Shown here: one piece after another, positions 42,001 through 57,000 of the stretch
Numbering within the stretch: position 1 is the first letter of the stretch
Layout of the letters: each line of letters opens with the position of its first letter
Assembly: GCA_029261055.1 (NCBI GenBank)
Contig: JAJDCA010000075.1
Location: 77,573 to 141,572, forward strand
Source of the DNA: Candidatus Omnitrophota bacterium
Lineage (GTDB): Bacteria; Omnitrophota; Gorgyraeia; Zapsychrales; Zapsychraceae
Direction of reading: 5' to 3'
DNA length: 64,000 nt
The notes under the pieces: model-generated
The model's database searches: none
What the model was told of the DNA's origin: nothing
The model's input: the letters and a program-made list of their open reading frames with translations, nothing else
Program-made: the position numbers and the translations under genes

Positions 42001-45000
42001 TGGATGACTCCCGTGCCCCACCATGGAAAATTTTTATTATCCGCATTATTGGTCCGGCGGTTAATCTTTTGGTCGGTTTCACCGGATTCTTCCTTTTTGA
42101 CATTCCTTTATTTGACTTTACTTATGTTACATTTATAAGCACAGACACTTTCTGGTGGGTGTTTACTTTAACGAATTTTTTATTGTTTGTTTTTGATATG
42201 ATTTCTTCCAGCATTCTCAAACGCGGGGATGTGCATGAAGCTGTTGAGGGTTTGTCAAAGGGGTGGGATAAGGCCGTTAATAGGGGATTTTATAATATAA
42301 ATGCTAAAAAGTATTCTGTGGATGAAGATCCATTAATGCGCGAGGCAATGGAATCTGTTTTTGGGCAGGCTGTTCCTCAGGAGGTTATAAATCAATATGC
42401 AAATGAATTGCGTGTTCTTGATGTGGGGACGGGCAGGGGCCCTCTTCCTGAATTTGCCGCGACTGCAGGAGCTAAAATTATTGTCGGGATAGATCATTCG
42501 ATTCATATGCTTAAAGAGGCAGAACACAGATTTAATAATATAAAAACTTCAGCCAATATCCGTTTCATCAAAGGGGATGTGGAATATCTTGAGGATAGAT
42601 TAAAGGAATCCAAAATTACAGAACCATTTCATGTAACCACCATGTTTAATGTCCTGCCCGATTTAAAGAGAAAAGAAAATAAGTCTGTATTTGACGAGGT
42701 TTTTAAAGTGATGCTTGATGGAGGTTATTTCATTCTGGGTCAGAATATACAGCTTAATAAATTTGAGGATGAAAATAAGTGGAATATTAAAATTTTGCGA
42801 TGGAATATGAGGGGTTATCAAAAATTATTAGAAGAGACCGGTTTTGTTTTTGATAAAGTTTATGAAATTAAAAAAGTAACTTCAGATTTATTTATTTATG
42901 TTTTATCCGTCAGGAAACAGGATAAAAATTCTTCACAACAGGGATTGGACCCTGCCGGCATTAAGGCACTTGTTCCTCTATTGGTTACAATTGGAATTTT
43001 GATGGTTTTGGGAGGCGTCGTTGAAGCTGGAGAGGTAGAGGGTAATGAATTTTTATTCAATCAGGCAAGCATGGTGTGGACCACCATGAAGACACTTGCG
43101 GTCAGTGTGTGGAGTTTGGTGGGGTCTGTCGTGGGATTTGGGATTTTCTTTGGCATGGCTATTGTTCTAATTTTTTCTAAACAAAACTCTCCCGATAAGA
43201 CGAAGATTTCTAAAAATGAAAGAGAACAAACGACAGGTAATCAAAAAAGCTTGCTTCGTGAGTATTTCAATATTGTTTTAGAACAATTAGGGGAGAAGCT
43301 AGAGAAGATTGTCATTAAACTCGAAGACCGTGCAGGAAAACAGGTAGTAGAGTTTAAAGATGAAACTACGCTGCTCTTTGATAGTGACTTGGCCAGCCGG
43401 GCGCCGCCGTTGGATTCTTCTGATGCCGCATCCTTTCAAACACTTCTACGTGATATCCTTCGTCAAGAATTAGTTAGACATCGTGTGCATGGGGCCAGTG
43501 AATCAATGGCCGTTCGAGTAAGTCTTGATTATTTTAACCAATCAAGAAATAAACAAGAATTAGTTATTCTTCTTTCATCTTTCCAAAAATATTCCATTAA
43601 TGTGGATCAGCAGTATTTTGTTTTATTAAGAAATTTATTACCTCAAGAAATAGAAAAAAAGAAAACTGTTTTAACAGAGAAAGTGATAGCAGAAGCAGAT
43701 TATGCCAGTATTGAAGCCTTGGCAGCCTTAGAGCTTTCCGAAGCTGTTTTAGCAAATCAAGAATCAGATAAACAAGTCCTTGTTGCTGCCAATCTTTCAT
43801 ACGGTGGATTGGTAGTAGATATTATCGGACGTGATTTAGGCAATAATGACATAGATGTCGTTCGGACCAAGGTTGGCTCTTCAGAAAGTGAAAATAATCC
43901 ACATATATTTAAACCGCAGTTATTTGATGTTAAGACTTTGAAAAATTTGGTAACAGAGCAACCACACATAATTGTTTTGGATGGTACGTTTAATCCATTT
44001 GAGATTAGAAAGCAGGGGAGGCGGTCATTCGTAGGAGGCCGTTACTCAGATGCTTACCAGGGGTACAGAAATTTTGTATTGGCATTTAATTTAGCCCTTG
44101 CGAATGTCCAGAAAGAAACAAAAAGAGATGATCTGTTCTACCGTATTGGCAAGTTGAATGGATTTTTGAAGTCATTATATTCAAGTCATTATGGAGAAAA
44201 ATTTCTAGATTTTGTTCAATACCTTGAGTCTATTATGCGGGAAGTTGGTGATCAAGATTTACAATATTATTCTTTTGGATTCTGGAATCCTAACGGGTTA
44301 AATACAGTGTTTCGTGAATATAAGCAGCTGCAATTCAGAGCAAACGTGATATCTCCGGACAGTATCATTAAGCCAACGGTTATTTTTGCTAATGTTACGA
44401 TGCTTGACCAGGTTATTCCTCGCTCCCTTCATGAAGAGCATCATCCGCATAAACATGCGCCGGGATTCTTTGATTTAGTAGATTCGAAAGGTTTTATTAG
44501 AGAATATGATTGGCAGAGGGTTTCTTATCCGTTTTCTAAATTGGTAGGTGTTAGCCCTCAAGAAGATATTGAAAAAAATCAATTACTCATGAATTTAATA
44601 CATTCAAGATATCCTGAATTAAAGCGTAAATATTATCGGCCGGAATTGAAGGATGGTGAAAGTCAAAATCAAAAGCGAGGTACTTCAAACCTTAAGACAA
44701 TTCTTTCGCTATTGTTCACAATTGGAATTTTGATGGTTTTTGGAAGAGTCGTTGAAGCAGGAGAGGTGGAGAGTAATGAATTTTTATTCAATCAGGTAAG
44801 CATGGCGTGGACAACTCTGAAGACGTTTGTGGACATTCCTTTTGAGACAGGGGTGGCATTGATGGGGGCCATAGTTTTTAGGGGGCAACCTAAAGGTCGA
44901 CCAGTGCTCAAAACGCTTGTTCAGAATGGATTTTATTTGAGTGATGCCGAAGTAATCGTCAAAGAGCAGCAACTTTTTGCAAAGCGTGCCAAGATAGGAT

Positions 45001-48000
45001 TATCCGAACAGGATATTAAAAATATACATCGAGAGACTTACTGGAACACGCTTAATAATCATTTGAAATATACTGTGGCAGGAAAACGTGTTTTGAAAGT
45101 AATGATGATCAGCATACTTGTGGTTACAGGTTTATCCGTAGTGTTTCTGAATGGGCCATTAACAGAAATTTTGCAAGCGTTGATATTAGATTTTTTTGGC
45201 AGCGTAATGATTTTTACGGTTTTAGTAATGGGATTATTTTTGATTAAGACAGAAAAAATTTTAAATTTTATGGGTTTGCATCAGCCCTATTACAACAGAA
45301 TATTCCTATTCAATCAAAAGGAGATTAGTGAAAAATTTAGAAATATTCCTGATTTAAGCAAAAAAGCATGGCTTAAGTTAGTAGGCGCAAAAATATATTT
45401 TCAGGGTCTTATTGTCCATGAGACGGGACATCTGTTTTTTCCGCAAGCTTCTGAAGAAGTTCTTATTTCAATGAAGATCCTTCGTATTATGGAATTAGAT
45501 CAAAGTAAAATGACTCAATATGCATTTTTCTTATCCGCGGTTGATGGGGGCTCAATTGAAAGTTTTAAATTAGCACAACATGCTTGGCGCATAGGCGAAC
45601 GTACCGGTGATCATGAAAATGCCTGGGACTATTTAGTGCTGCTTGCTGAAGGAAAGACAAAAGAGGCTGAAGCAATGGCAAGAGGTAATGAGAATAGGGG
45701 CAATGATGATTCTATTCAGGTTAAGGTTTTTATTCCTTTGCCTTTGAGGCGTTATGTTGATGGTCAGAGTGTGGTTGAAGTAGAAGGGAGAGGGGCGAGA
45801 GAGGTGACGCTTAAGCAGGTCATGGAACGATTGTTTCGGGAGTACCCTGCATTAAAATTATATTTTGAAAGAAATATAGACGCAAGCATGACGAAGAAGG
45901 TAACAGAAAAAGCACAACAGATATTTTTCTTTGTCGATGGGAAAGACACTCCGGTGATTTTCAATCAGGAAGCATGGTCAAAGATTTTGGTTGAAAAAGA
46001 AATTCGCCTTGTGCCACACATGCATGGAGGGGTACTGAATAAAGAAGAGCGTATATTGCAAATTAAGGAGCTATTTGAGAAACGTGGGTACACGGCCAAA
46101 GAAGCGCAGCTCATTATTGACGTGCAGCAATTTTTGATCCCACATATCCGATCTTTTATTCCGAAGGATCTAGGAAAAAATGTTGGTATTATATGGATGA
46201 TTTATCCGCATACAGAAAGAAATCTTTTGCTGCATTCTTTGTATTTTGGATATGTGTTGATGGGGTGGATAACCCTATTTTTAGTGTTTTTGGGATTTGG
46301 ATTTATAAATCCAGAGGTTCTTTTATGGAAGGTCGCAGCTGGTCTGACATTGATACCTTTGGGCAGTTGGTACGATTCTTTGAAATACAATTTAAGAAAA
46401 CCTGGACATATTGGTTTCTTCAAAAAGGTTATTTTTCTCCCTCCAACAGGTTCCATCGATGCTCCGAATATTGTCCGTACGATGGTTCAGTCTCTTGTAC
46501 GTTATCAAGTAAGGGGCTTTTACCGTTATGGAGAAAATCTCGAATATGTCTTTGAGGCTATGGGCGCTTTACATTACATGGAATTGCACGGTTCTTTCAA
46601 GGGATCGTCTTTTAGCTCAAAGGCGAATGCTTTAGCCAGAGAGGCTCTAGAGGTCGGTAAAGAAGCTGGAGAAACCAAGAAGGCATGGACTTTTCTTGGC
46701 ATGATGGGTAATGGATCTAGAGAAGAAGTTGCTAGAGGGAAGGTTTTGGGGTTAAGTGAAGAGGAAATAAAAAAGACAAGCGCTTTTCGAAAGTTTTTCA
46801 GTTTCCGCGGCGCCTTGATGGCGGGATTGGGGTGGCTGGGTTTTGTTGTTTTATTTGGCAATGAGATTATGGAAAAAGGATTTATATTTGGAGGTTGGAG
46901 TGCGATACCAGCCAGTCTACTTCTTATGACGGGAGTCATCGGTTTTGTGACTCAATTCTCTTTAGCCTGGCGTATTCAGCGGGGTGTGAGGAGGCTTAAG
47001 GCATTGTTTAAGAGCGGCGAGATGGACTTGCCACCGCCGAGTACTGAAGATATTAAGTCTTTGGCTTTATCCATTATCGATCGAGCCAGGAAGACATCAA
47101 GAGGAGCATCTGTTGATATTAGATTTTATGAAACGTTAAGATCGTCTTTTAACGACATTCCTGAGGAACACTTAAATAAACCTGCCTGGATGGAAACGCA
47201 TTATGTTGACTCCCGGGACGATCGTGATAATGATCAACATTCCATTCGTATTCTTCATGTCAATATTCCATTACTAGATGCCATGAGTTCAGACCCGGAC
47301 GTCTTGCGGCGTATTCTTAAATCCATTTATAGTCACGAATTTTCCCATCTACGCGGCAAGGGAGAAGTTTATGCCTTCATAATTCAGAGCTTGAAGGCCT
47401 GGAGGATCTTTATTGGAGCTTTACCTAAAGCGATACTTCGGTTGTTACGCAGGATGGGCTTGGCAAGCCATTTAAGAAAGGTGACCCGACGCCTGATGTT
47501 TGTTTTACGTGCGCGCGCTGGGATATTTAAGACGATACTTTTATTTACCCTGGCGGCAAATTTTGTTTTGATGCGCTGGGCAAATGCTTTTAGTGACCAA
47601 GATGTTGCAGCCATAGGTTCAAATATTTTTAGTAGCGAGAATAGTGTAGGGATTTTAGGATTTTTGAGTGTGTGGTATCTGTGGAACACTGTTTCAAAAA
47701 GACGTTCTAAAAATAAAAGCCGACCTTTTGTTTTGAGAAATAAGATTTTATTCTTTCTTTATCGACGATTTAGAGTGATGTCAGCCAAGAGAGAATTTAA
47801 GAAAACGGTGCAAAAACTTAGAAGTAATTTAAAAAAAGGTATCCAAATTGATGTCATGGAAGGAACACAGGAATATAGTCAGGGATTGGTACAAGCTATT
47901 ATGACTTTTCTTAAGAGAAGAGGCGTTAGACAAGATGTGTCGGTTGTTTTATTAGGTTCTCTTGCAAGGGATATGACGCATGAGAGTAGCGATGCGGATA

Positions 48001-51000
48001 TAGTTCTTATTACAGATTCTTCATCTGCAGCTTGGGTTGAAAAAAGACTTTCTGGGTATTTTGGCTTGCGGGCGGCGTTAAGGAGCGTTTCTCATGAATT
48101 TGATACAATCATCGCAGGGAAGTTGATTTTTACGACGGAAGAATTTAAGGATCATATTGAAAATTTATCACAAAATATAATCCATTTTAGTGACAAAGAC
48201 AATTTTAAAGTTATAGTTAGTTCTCTACTATCTGCCCAACCTCATTTTTTCGCAAAAAAATCCCACAAAGATGCGATAGAAAATAGTTTGAAGAAATTAG
48301 CCGGAAATTTAGGGTTAATGTCGGCAATGAATATCTATGTACAAGAAGAATTAATAGAAAGTCGGAAAGTTTTTGATCAGAGCAACGCGTTGGATACTGA
48401 ATTAATTTTTTCTAATTTAAAACAGGCCCGTTTAGGTCAAAAAATTATTCATTCTCTAATTGCCTTGCTTCAATTTAGTGTGTTTCAGGAAACACGAGGA
48501 GCAGGTTGGCCTATATTTATGGCCGAGCAAGAAAATACAAAAGAAGCATGGCGGGCGTATCTTAATGCATTGGTAAGCAGACAAAATGTGTTTAAGAAGG
48601 AGGATGTTAATAAAATATTTGAGGGGTACGAAGCGTTTTTAAGTGCTTATAGGCCTCAAGGTATTAATAAAGATACGCTCATTAAGATTATGGAGGATTT
48701 ACGTCTTTTAGCTTTACAGAAAATGGAGGCTATTGAAAGTATGGCCGTTTTTGTTTATTTGCAGGGTCCTATTAAAAAGCATTTCAGGTCTAGTTTAGGG
48801 CTCGAGATAGGGCCAGTCACTATCAAACTCAAAGTTTTTGGATTTACCTTGGAGGAAGTTCTACATACATTAGAAATAAAGAATTATTTTGCAACTATTA
48901 AAAATGGGCAAATAGATGAAAATTTAACAATTTACATAAACAATGAAGAAGTGTCATTTCAGAATTGGAAGCACCAAAAAGTGCCATCCGGTGCGCAGAT
49001 AAAGATTGTTTCACATGCGCAAAATTATCATGAGGAAAGGAAGAAATCACAGAAATCTTTTAAGATTCTTGGGTTGATTTTGATGGCGGCTGCAGGGGTA
49101 ACAGCATTGTTTGCCGTATTCCCTCTGACGGGATGGACGAGCAGTATTCTTCCCGGGCTTGTGCAGGGTGCCGAAGGTAACATGGTTTGGTTCGGATTTG
49201 ACAAGGGTTTAGCGGGGATCGTTTTTGGGGCGGGATTGTTTGCGATAATGGGTTTCACTAGTGGCGCGTGGAATTTGCGTTCAAGTCAGGTGAACCCGGG
49301 TAAAAATAAGTTATTAGGTCCCGAGGCTTTTGGTCCCATTCAGCGGACGCGGTTGAGTTCTAAAAACGGAGAGCATTTTAGGAATGTTGTCGGCCGTGCG
49401 GTTATGGATAGTTCCGGTGCACTGCGTCCTGTGAAGGAAACTAAGGATGATTATCAGATAGCCTCGCGGCTTTCGGCAGTGACGGGAAGATTAGCTTTGG
49501 AAGTCTGTCAAGAGTGTGACTGGAGCGGGGTTATTGTTCAAGTTGTTCGCGATAGTGACCGGCTGGCGCGTTTTACGGAGAATAATGTAGGGGTAATGAC
49601 CATAGATGAGGATATCCTTACGATGATAGAAAAGGGACGCCCGGGGGCGTTAGAAACATTTGAACTCGGATACAAACACGAGCTTTATCACACGCATGTT
49701 TACAAAAATCGATTGGAGTTTAATCGTGTTTCGTGGATAGGTCAAGAAGAGCGTCTTGTGGAAGAGCTTTTTGTGACCGTGTTATACCTCAAAGATTTTC
49801 TTGCCTACAGCTCTGATACAAGAGAAGGCATTCTTAATCTTTTATCCGCGACAGATAATCCTTACGATCCTTTTCAATTCGGTAGGAATATCCTTCAGCC
49901 GATGCATGAAGGCGTCATTGAAAAGGGTCATTTACATAATGGTCAAGCTTTTCAGGAGACTTTAGTCGAGGTTTTACCGAAAGTTATCGCCTATATTACG
50001 GATACCGATTTTTATAATTATCCGGGTATTGATAGTGCTCGAAAAATTTTACGGGAAATACATCCTGATAATTTTAGAAAATATATACATGGATTAGATT
50101 TAAATTTACCTCCGGGCTTCATCGGGCGTTTTATTTATGCCGTAAAACGTATTCACGGGGTAGGCCGGTTTATTTTGGAAGACGGGGAAATGTATGAAGT
50201 TATGGTGGCGCCCTATTCTATAAATTATTCGAGAAATAGAGAAAATGAAAAGCGTAAAGAAAACGGCATGGTTAGTGTTTTTGTAGAGAATATAAGCGTT
50301 GGGCGTTCAAGTCCGAATGGTTTTAATGCGGATGATGGTACAGGTGTGGATCCTGTATTTGCTGGAAGTATGGATATGGCGACTATTGGACTTAATCTAT
50401 GGTTGGCACGTTTATTATTAGTTAAGGATTATATAAAATTGACTGCAAGTTCGGTAGAAATTATTACCCATCTTAGGGCGCCTAAATTGGACAGGCATGC
50501 TTTTTATTTGGTTGAGGATGGTTATCATGGGCATACATCAAACGCAAAATTAGATTTTGAGGCAAGGGCCAAAAACTTTAGGAAGCTTGGCTTAGCGCAA
50601 GTTATTCTTGAGGTGCTTTTGTCATATATCGCTCCAGGGGGTACAGTCACGCTGAGCATTATACATCCTGTTATTTTACGACAAATAAAAGAAGAAGATA
50701 TTCCTTGGGAAGACACAAAATTTGGAAAATTGTTTGCCAGCGTTGGTCTACTTAGAAGCGAAACGGGCGCATATATTGATCTAAATAAATTAGAACTTAT
50801 CAAACATACTAAAATCAGCACCCCACCGCGTGTCAATATCCAGTGGATTAATAAGGGCAATGTTTTTGGTTCGTATGCACCTACATTTAAACCACCCATT
50901 TTTTCATCCTTTCGTATCCACCTTACGCAGACCTGGAAATGGCTGAAGAATCGCCATCTCCCACCAGCCAATTTATTTTATTATTTAAGTCTGGTAATCT

Positions 51001-54000
51001 TAGCCCCGTGGGCCGCACGGTTAGGAAAGAAGACGTATGCCACAATTACAGCGTGGATTGGTTTGGGTGGGCTTACTATCGAAATTCCAGCATTGGTTTA
51101 CGCGGCATTGTTTTTCGGGCCGCTGGGAATGTTGGCTGTCATCGCAGCTCTGGCTGTGGGCGAAATCCTTTTAGAGCTTCTTGCGCTATGGCTGCTACCC
51201 GCGCGGGCACGAGGGGATATTGCCCGGCATACTTTCAAATCTATTGTACGTACCTTCAGCCGGAAGATGCGTGTCCTCTTGCCCTACGTAGGTCTGGCTA
51301 TCCTGTGGTTTGTCATTCCCTCAATCAGTTTTACCTTAGCCATTTTTATTCCCAGCTTTCTTATTCCCATTCTTTTTACCGTCTTCTTTCATGGCATTTA
51401 TGATATGAATTATTTCCAAAAGGTCTTGGAGATAGGAATTGATTGGGATAGAAAAAAGTATTCTTCTGTCGGCGGCGGGCGAAGGTTTGATGATGTCGAG
51501 AAACTTTTTAGTAGGGCTACGCAGCATGACCCCGACGCCCTGGGCCAGTTGGTTGCGTATCAGAAGAATTTTCCTGAGTTATTCTGGAGGCAGGTTGATT
51601 ATTTTTGGTATGACCGGAGCAACATCAATCATCTTCTTAAATTAGGTCAGGCCTCTGTTGATAGTTCTTTGAAGTCTAGAGAAATTCCTATTCCTAAGGT
51701 GATCAAGGATATTCCTCATTTAGATTTTTCCAGGGCAACCCCAGAGGATTTATTAAATCAAAAAGAGTATGAAGAGGTAAGAGAATTAAATTCAAGTCCA
51801 CAGGCAATAGTCTCAGCGATAAGGAATGTTTACAGACCACAGGATATAAACTTTAGTCTTTCTGAAACATTAGTACGCCGAGTTGATATCCATCAAGATG
51901 ATTTGATTCAAAAGGATTTTGAAGCAACCATTAAGAAGAAGCTCGGTAAAGATCAGGAAATTAATATTTATCAAATCGGTCTTGGAACCGAATATTTTGA
52001 AACTTCAAGTATTTTCACCGTATTAGAAAACGCATTTGACGCAAACAAGGTGTCTCCCAAAGATCAAAAAAAATGGACCATTAATTTTATTGGGATTGAT
52101 TTTGATTCAGAAGTTATTGAGAATTTTTGGCCAAGAGTTGTCGTGGAAAGCCCCTTTAACACCAATCTTAAGATTGGTCAGGGGGATACCCTTTATGAAG
52201 AGGCCATGCAAGAATTAAGCAAGTGGTATAAAGCTGATTATATTTTTCACCGGCATGTTTCTTATGCGAATCATTTGATCAGCCAGGGTAGTCTTTATTA
52301 TCCGGAAAATTATGAAGAAGTAGTAGATGAAAATGAGTTAAGCGCAATGATTAATGTTTATGCATCGACACGAAATATATTAAAACATTTAGCTAAGCCA
52401 GGGACACATTATATTATTGAACCCGCTCAAAACGGACCATTCCCTTTTGTGTTTTATATCCCGGGAACCGAAATTATTACAGTGAATAAACTCGAAGGAA
52501 ACAGAAAATATGATGATGAGCATGATATTAACAATATTGGGACAGGCATTCATGAGGTACTTGATCCTGAGAAGGTGGCCGAGGAGGGTATTAAATATTT
52601 ACTACAGTACAATGCGCATAAGAATAATTTTCAGGGCAACTTAGCGTACGTGTTGGGAAAAGAAGGTCTGGACCCATCTTCGTGGTTTTATTATTTCACC
52701 CGGTTTATTTTGGCAGTATTGATAAAGTTTAATGTGATGAAATCTGCCAAAGTAAAGTTGGGTAAAAAAATCAGCACGTGGGTCGGCCTCGGCGGGCTTG
52801 TGGTCGAGATTCCGGCGCTTATTTACGCGGCGCTAACCTTTGGCCCTCTGGGAATGCTGGCAGTCATCGCTACCCTGTCTGCAGGCGAAATATTCCTGGA
52901 ACTTCTCACCCTTTGGCTGTTACCCTCCCGGGCACGAGGAGATGTTGCGCGTTATGATGGATATTTCATTCTGCAGCTGTTTGGCAGAAAGATGATGGTT
53001 CTTTCACCTTACGTATTCCTCTCTTTATTGTGGATTCTTGCAACGCCCACCGGAGTTACGCTCTTCTTGCCCGTCCCCATCTTTATTCATGCAACATATG
53101 ATTATTATCAATTGCGAGATAGTTCCTCCGTAGGGACAGGTCGTAGCCTATCTTTACATCTGAAAAATATTCTCAAGATAGCAGGAGAGTATGTGACGAG
53201 GATTGTATCAAAAGTCCGAGCGCTCGGACTTTTGGTCAATGAAACTTTGGCCAAAGGGGCAGTCCTATCAGCCGGTTTGTGGTTAGTAGCCCCAGGGACT
53301 GTGCTGGCAGGCGGCATTACCGGTGGGGGGCTTGGAATTATTGAGCTGATTTCAGGGCAACTTCTGGAGATTTTAGTGAGTATAGTAGGGACGTTTACAA
53401 TAATATTTATTGTAAATACACTTTATAAAAAACGTGTTCGTGCAATCAGTAAAGATATGAAGGCGGAGATTTACGCGTCTTATAGTGTAAAGGCTGATGG
53501 GGATGAAGGGGCATCCGGAAATAATAATTACGATGAAAATCCAGGGTTTCAAAAAGCGGTTAAATCTATTTTTGGCCGCGCTGTTTCTACCAATTTTCTA
53601 AAAAAATACGAACATAAACTAAATGTTCTTGATTTATTAACAGGCCGAGGAGTTGTCCCATTTTTTGCTGTCAAGGCAGGAGCTAAGTCTATTGTAGGTG
53701 TAGATCATTCAAACCAGAATCTTGAATTGGCAAAGGCATATTTGGTAAAGGTTACTCACTTGGCAAAGGTACGTCTTATTGAAGATGACGTGAAGCATTT
53801 TTTGAGTGAATTTGAAAAGGATAGGCCCAGCATGGGGGCATTTCATATTGTCACCATGGTCAATGCTGTACATAGATTTGATGCAGAGTCTTTAAAATTT
53901 ATTTTTTCACAATCATTAAAAGTGCTGGAAGCGGGAGGACGATTGGTTTTATTGACACACGTTAAGCATTTAAGCCTCGATAGGGCAGGTTCATGGAAAT

Positions 54001-57000
54001 CATCGGATATCAAAGCCTATCAGAAGTTTTTAAAGAAAAGTGGTTTTATTCACGTTAACGCTTATCCAGCTGGGGAAATAAAGGGTAAAGTAAGAGTTTT
54101 TAATAAAAGTCATGAAGAAGAATTAAGAGATGCGCGTTGGACTATTGTTGTTATTGCAGCCGAAAAACCTGAGAATGATGCCTCCAAATCTTCGCGAGGC
54201 GCCCCCAGGAAGCTTCCCCAGATTTTCTACAAATTTTTCTTAAAACATTTTGTGAATGTAATAGTTCCTTTCCTCCTTTTTGTTCTCATCTATATGATCA
54301 GCGGGATAGAGTCTGTTTGGGCGGAAGGGGTGGTTGATAACATGGGCCTTATGCATTTAGGGCAAGCCGAAGTTAGCTCGCTGGGCTTTTTAAATCCGTT
54401 GGGAGATTTAGTATGGTTAGTGCCCATGGTGTTTATGGGAGGGATTAATGTTCAAAATAATCCGGAGGAGAATTCAACGAATGTGCGTAACGTCGTCCTT
54501 GATGAAGAGTTTATACAGGAAGCGGAACATGTGAAAAATCATTTATTAAAAGTTATAGGGGATGCCTTTAATATTGAAGATAACAAGGATTCCCCTCAAG
54601 CCCTTGCGCAAATTGCTGAAGCCTTTGCGCAGGCAGGTTTTATGACCCAAGCTTTCGACTTGGCCATGGAGGTTATCAAAGAAACAGAAACTATTATTCC
54701 ATCTCCGAAACAATTTAACGCCCGTGTTAAAGCCGCCGCTGTCCTTTGGAATATTGGTTATCATAATGAAGCTAAACAAGCCCTTAAAATTATAAATAGC
54801 GAAAACGGATCACATATAGGCAAAATTAATAATCTTTCAATATCATTGGCTCCTGAATTTATTCTACAGCAGCGGGGGCTGGTTGCACATGAGGAGAGTC
54901 AAAAAATTCGTAAGAATATTAAAGAAAATGTTTTTTATGGGTATAAGGAAAATCCTGACAGGAAAATTTCTGATCTTACGGTGTTAGCCTCTGCATTAAT
55001 TTCGGGAGAGTATCCTGAGGAAGGAAATTCGGTCCTTGATGATGCGAAAATAATCGTACAGGAAGGGATTAAAAAAAGTGCGGTTTGGGAATGGATTGAG
55101 GCCATCTCTGATTTGGCTGTTGTGTTTGCGCGTGCCGGTCGCGTACCTGAGGCCTATGAGATCATCGTAGGGGCACAGGGTACACCACTGCGTCAAGACA
55201 CAAGCGACACGCATAGGCATTCTGAGGCCCTAATTTCACTTGCCTGGGCTTTAATTCAGACTGGGCATAGAGAAGAGGGGCATACATTGATGGATAAGAT
55301 ACGTGTGAATATTGACACCGATAATTCTAAACTTAATATGCGGATTTTGGCGCGTATCGAATTGGCCATAGTGTTTGCCTTGGAGGGTAAAATTTTAGAG
55401 GCGAATGAGTTATTAGATCAGGTACGGCATGAAACCAGGACAATTTTAGATGAGAAGGATGCATTACGATCCTTGATTGTTAGTAAAACGATGTCAGCGC
55501 AGTCCGTGATTTTTCATGAGGCGTTGATGGCAGTAGCACCTTCTGTACGTACGCAAGTGATGAGTGTTTGGCCTTCTATCCAGGGCAAAGTTTCAATTAC
55601 GTTAGCGATAATTGGTGTAAAAGGACTTCTGAGTGAGGCTCCGGTGATGGAAGAGGTGAGTCCTGACGTATGGAAAAGGGTATGGAATAATTTGGAATAT
55701 ATTGACGTTTATCCATCACAAGGGGTACTGCCCACAGAGACAAACAGGATTTTGTTTTATATTATAAAATTGCTTAAGCGACCCGTTAGAGAAAAAGGCG
55801 ATTGGGCATTCTTAGAGACTCCGCCGTTATGGTTTAACACTATGCTTAAAACCCAATCTTCTCAAGGTCTGCCGTCATGGTTGACAAAGATTTGGCCGCG
55901 TTTTTCTTTCAAAGACAGACTTAGTTTTGGTTTGCTTATCATCACAGCAAAGATTCAGCATCTTCCTATAGAATGGCTGCGAGAGATGCCGCGGGATCAG
56001 CGTAAATACGTCTATTTTCAAGGAATGTTGAGCTTTTGGTGGGGCCAGGAATTCGGCCCATATCAAAAGGTGATGAAATCTCTTTTGAATCAGATTCCTC
56101 CTTCATCAAACTATGAAGAGCGTGTTCAATTTATTCATGCTTCCGTCATGTTGATGCGTTTGCTGGTGAGGGTCATGCCGACATTTAGGAGGCTGAGACG
56201 AACTGATTTTCTCGATGATTTGGTTAGCTCTTTATCCAAACCATCTGCAGTCCCTCTACTGGAGAGGATTCGACAAGTAGAGCAGGACATTAATAAATAT
56301 CTATTTAATAAAGTAGAAGATCTTTTGCATATTACTCTGGATAAAAATTATCCTTTGGATATTCTTCCCGACATCGATCTTTGGAGGGCTGTTTTTAATT
56401 ATGATTTGCAAAATGAGCCCCGTTTGCGTGATTTGTTCGGGCAATACGTATTGACATGGCAGCGCACCAGTGATTCAAAGCAGGCGAGCGTGGCGGCCTG
56501 GGAGTGGTTACAGTCTTCGTTAGAAAAGGAGACTGGAGAAAAAGTGAGTTTTGCTCATGATAGCGCGCCTGCACCTATGTCTTTTATGGGTAGTCCTAAA
56601 GTAAACCGAGCGCAAGCAGCTCAGGATGCTGTCGCCCAGCAGTATAAGGAGGCGCATTCTTTAGTGCAGCAATTGATTCAGAAATTACCGGGAGCAACCG
56701 TTACAGACGCTTTGAGTCAATTGTTAACACAATGGGGTGAACCCGGTACCCCATCTGAGGAAATAGTGAATCAACTAAGAAATTTATTAGGTCAGATTAA
56801 GATAACAAAAGATTTAGAAGTATACATAAAAACAATACGTAAGCATCTTCAGAAAGTCAAATCAATTGCCGGTGAAATTAATTATTTTGATGGGTCTCAG
56901 AATGTTCTCATTGGGGTTAGCATGGATCCGGTAGAGCGTTTGCATCTCGGATATCCTTCCCTTGGAGGCTCATGCCTGGATTGTATGACAGGAGGCGCAA

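Noticed and set aside
41567-42103. Minus-strand ORF of 178 aa
   Set aside because: Antisense to a TM-rich segment of the giant gene. The product is Pro/Arg/Thr-rich with no domain signature, so it is a typical antisense artefact. The same reasoning applies to 58649..59173, 50525..50971, 22953..23435, 14384..14800 and the many 60-120 aa minus-strand ORFs in the track.
45990-46040. PHMHGG as a JAMM/MPN metalloprotease motif
   Set aside because: It lacks the E...HxHx7Sx2D spacing. It is better explained as the C-terminal Gly-Gly of a MoaD-like beta-grasp segment.
50939-51403. Plus-strand alternative-frame ORF of 154 aa overlapping the duplicated membrane module
   Set aside because: It lies in a locally GC-richer stretch where off-frame ORFs arise easily. 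The translation is Cys/Ser/Arg-rich with no signature, and the main frame encodes a conserved duplicated TM module here.
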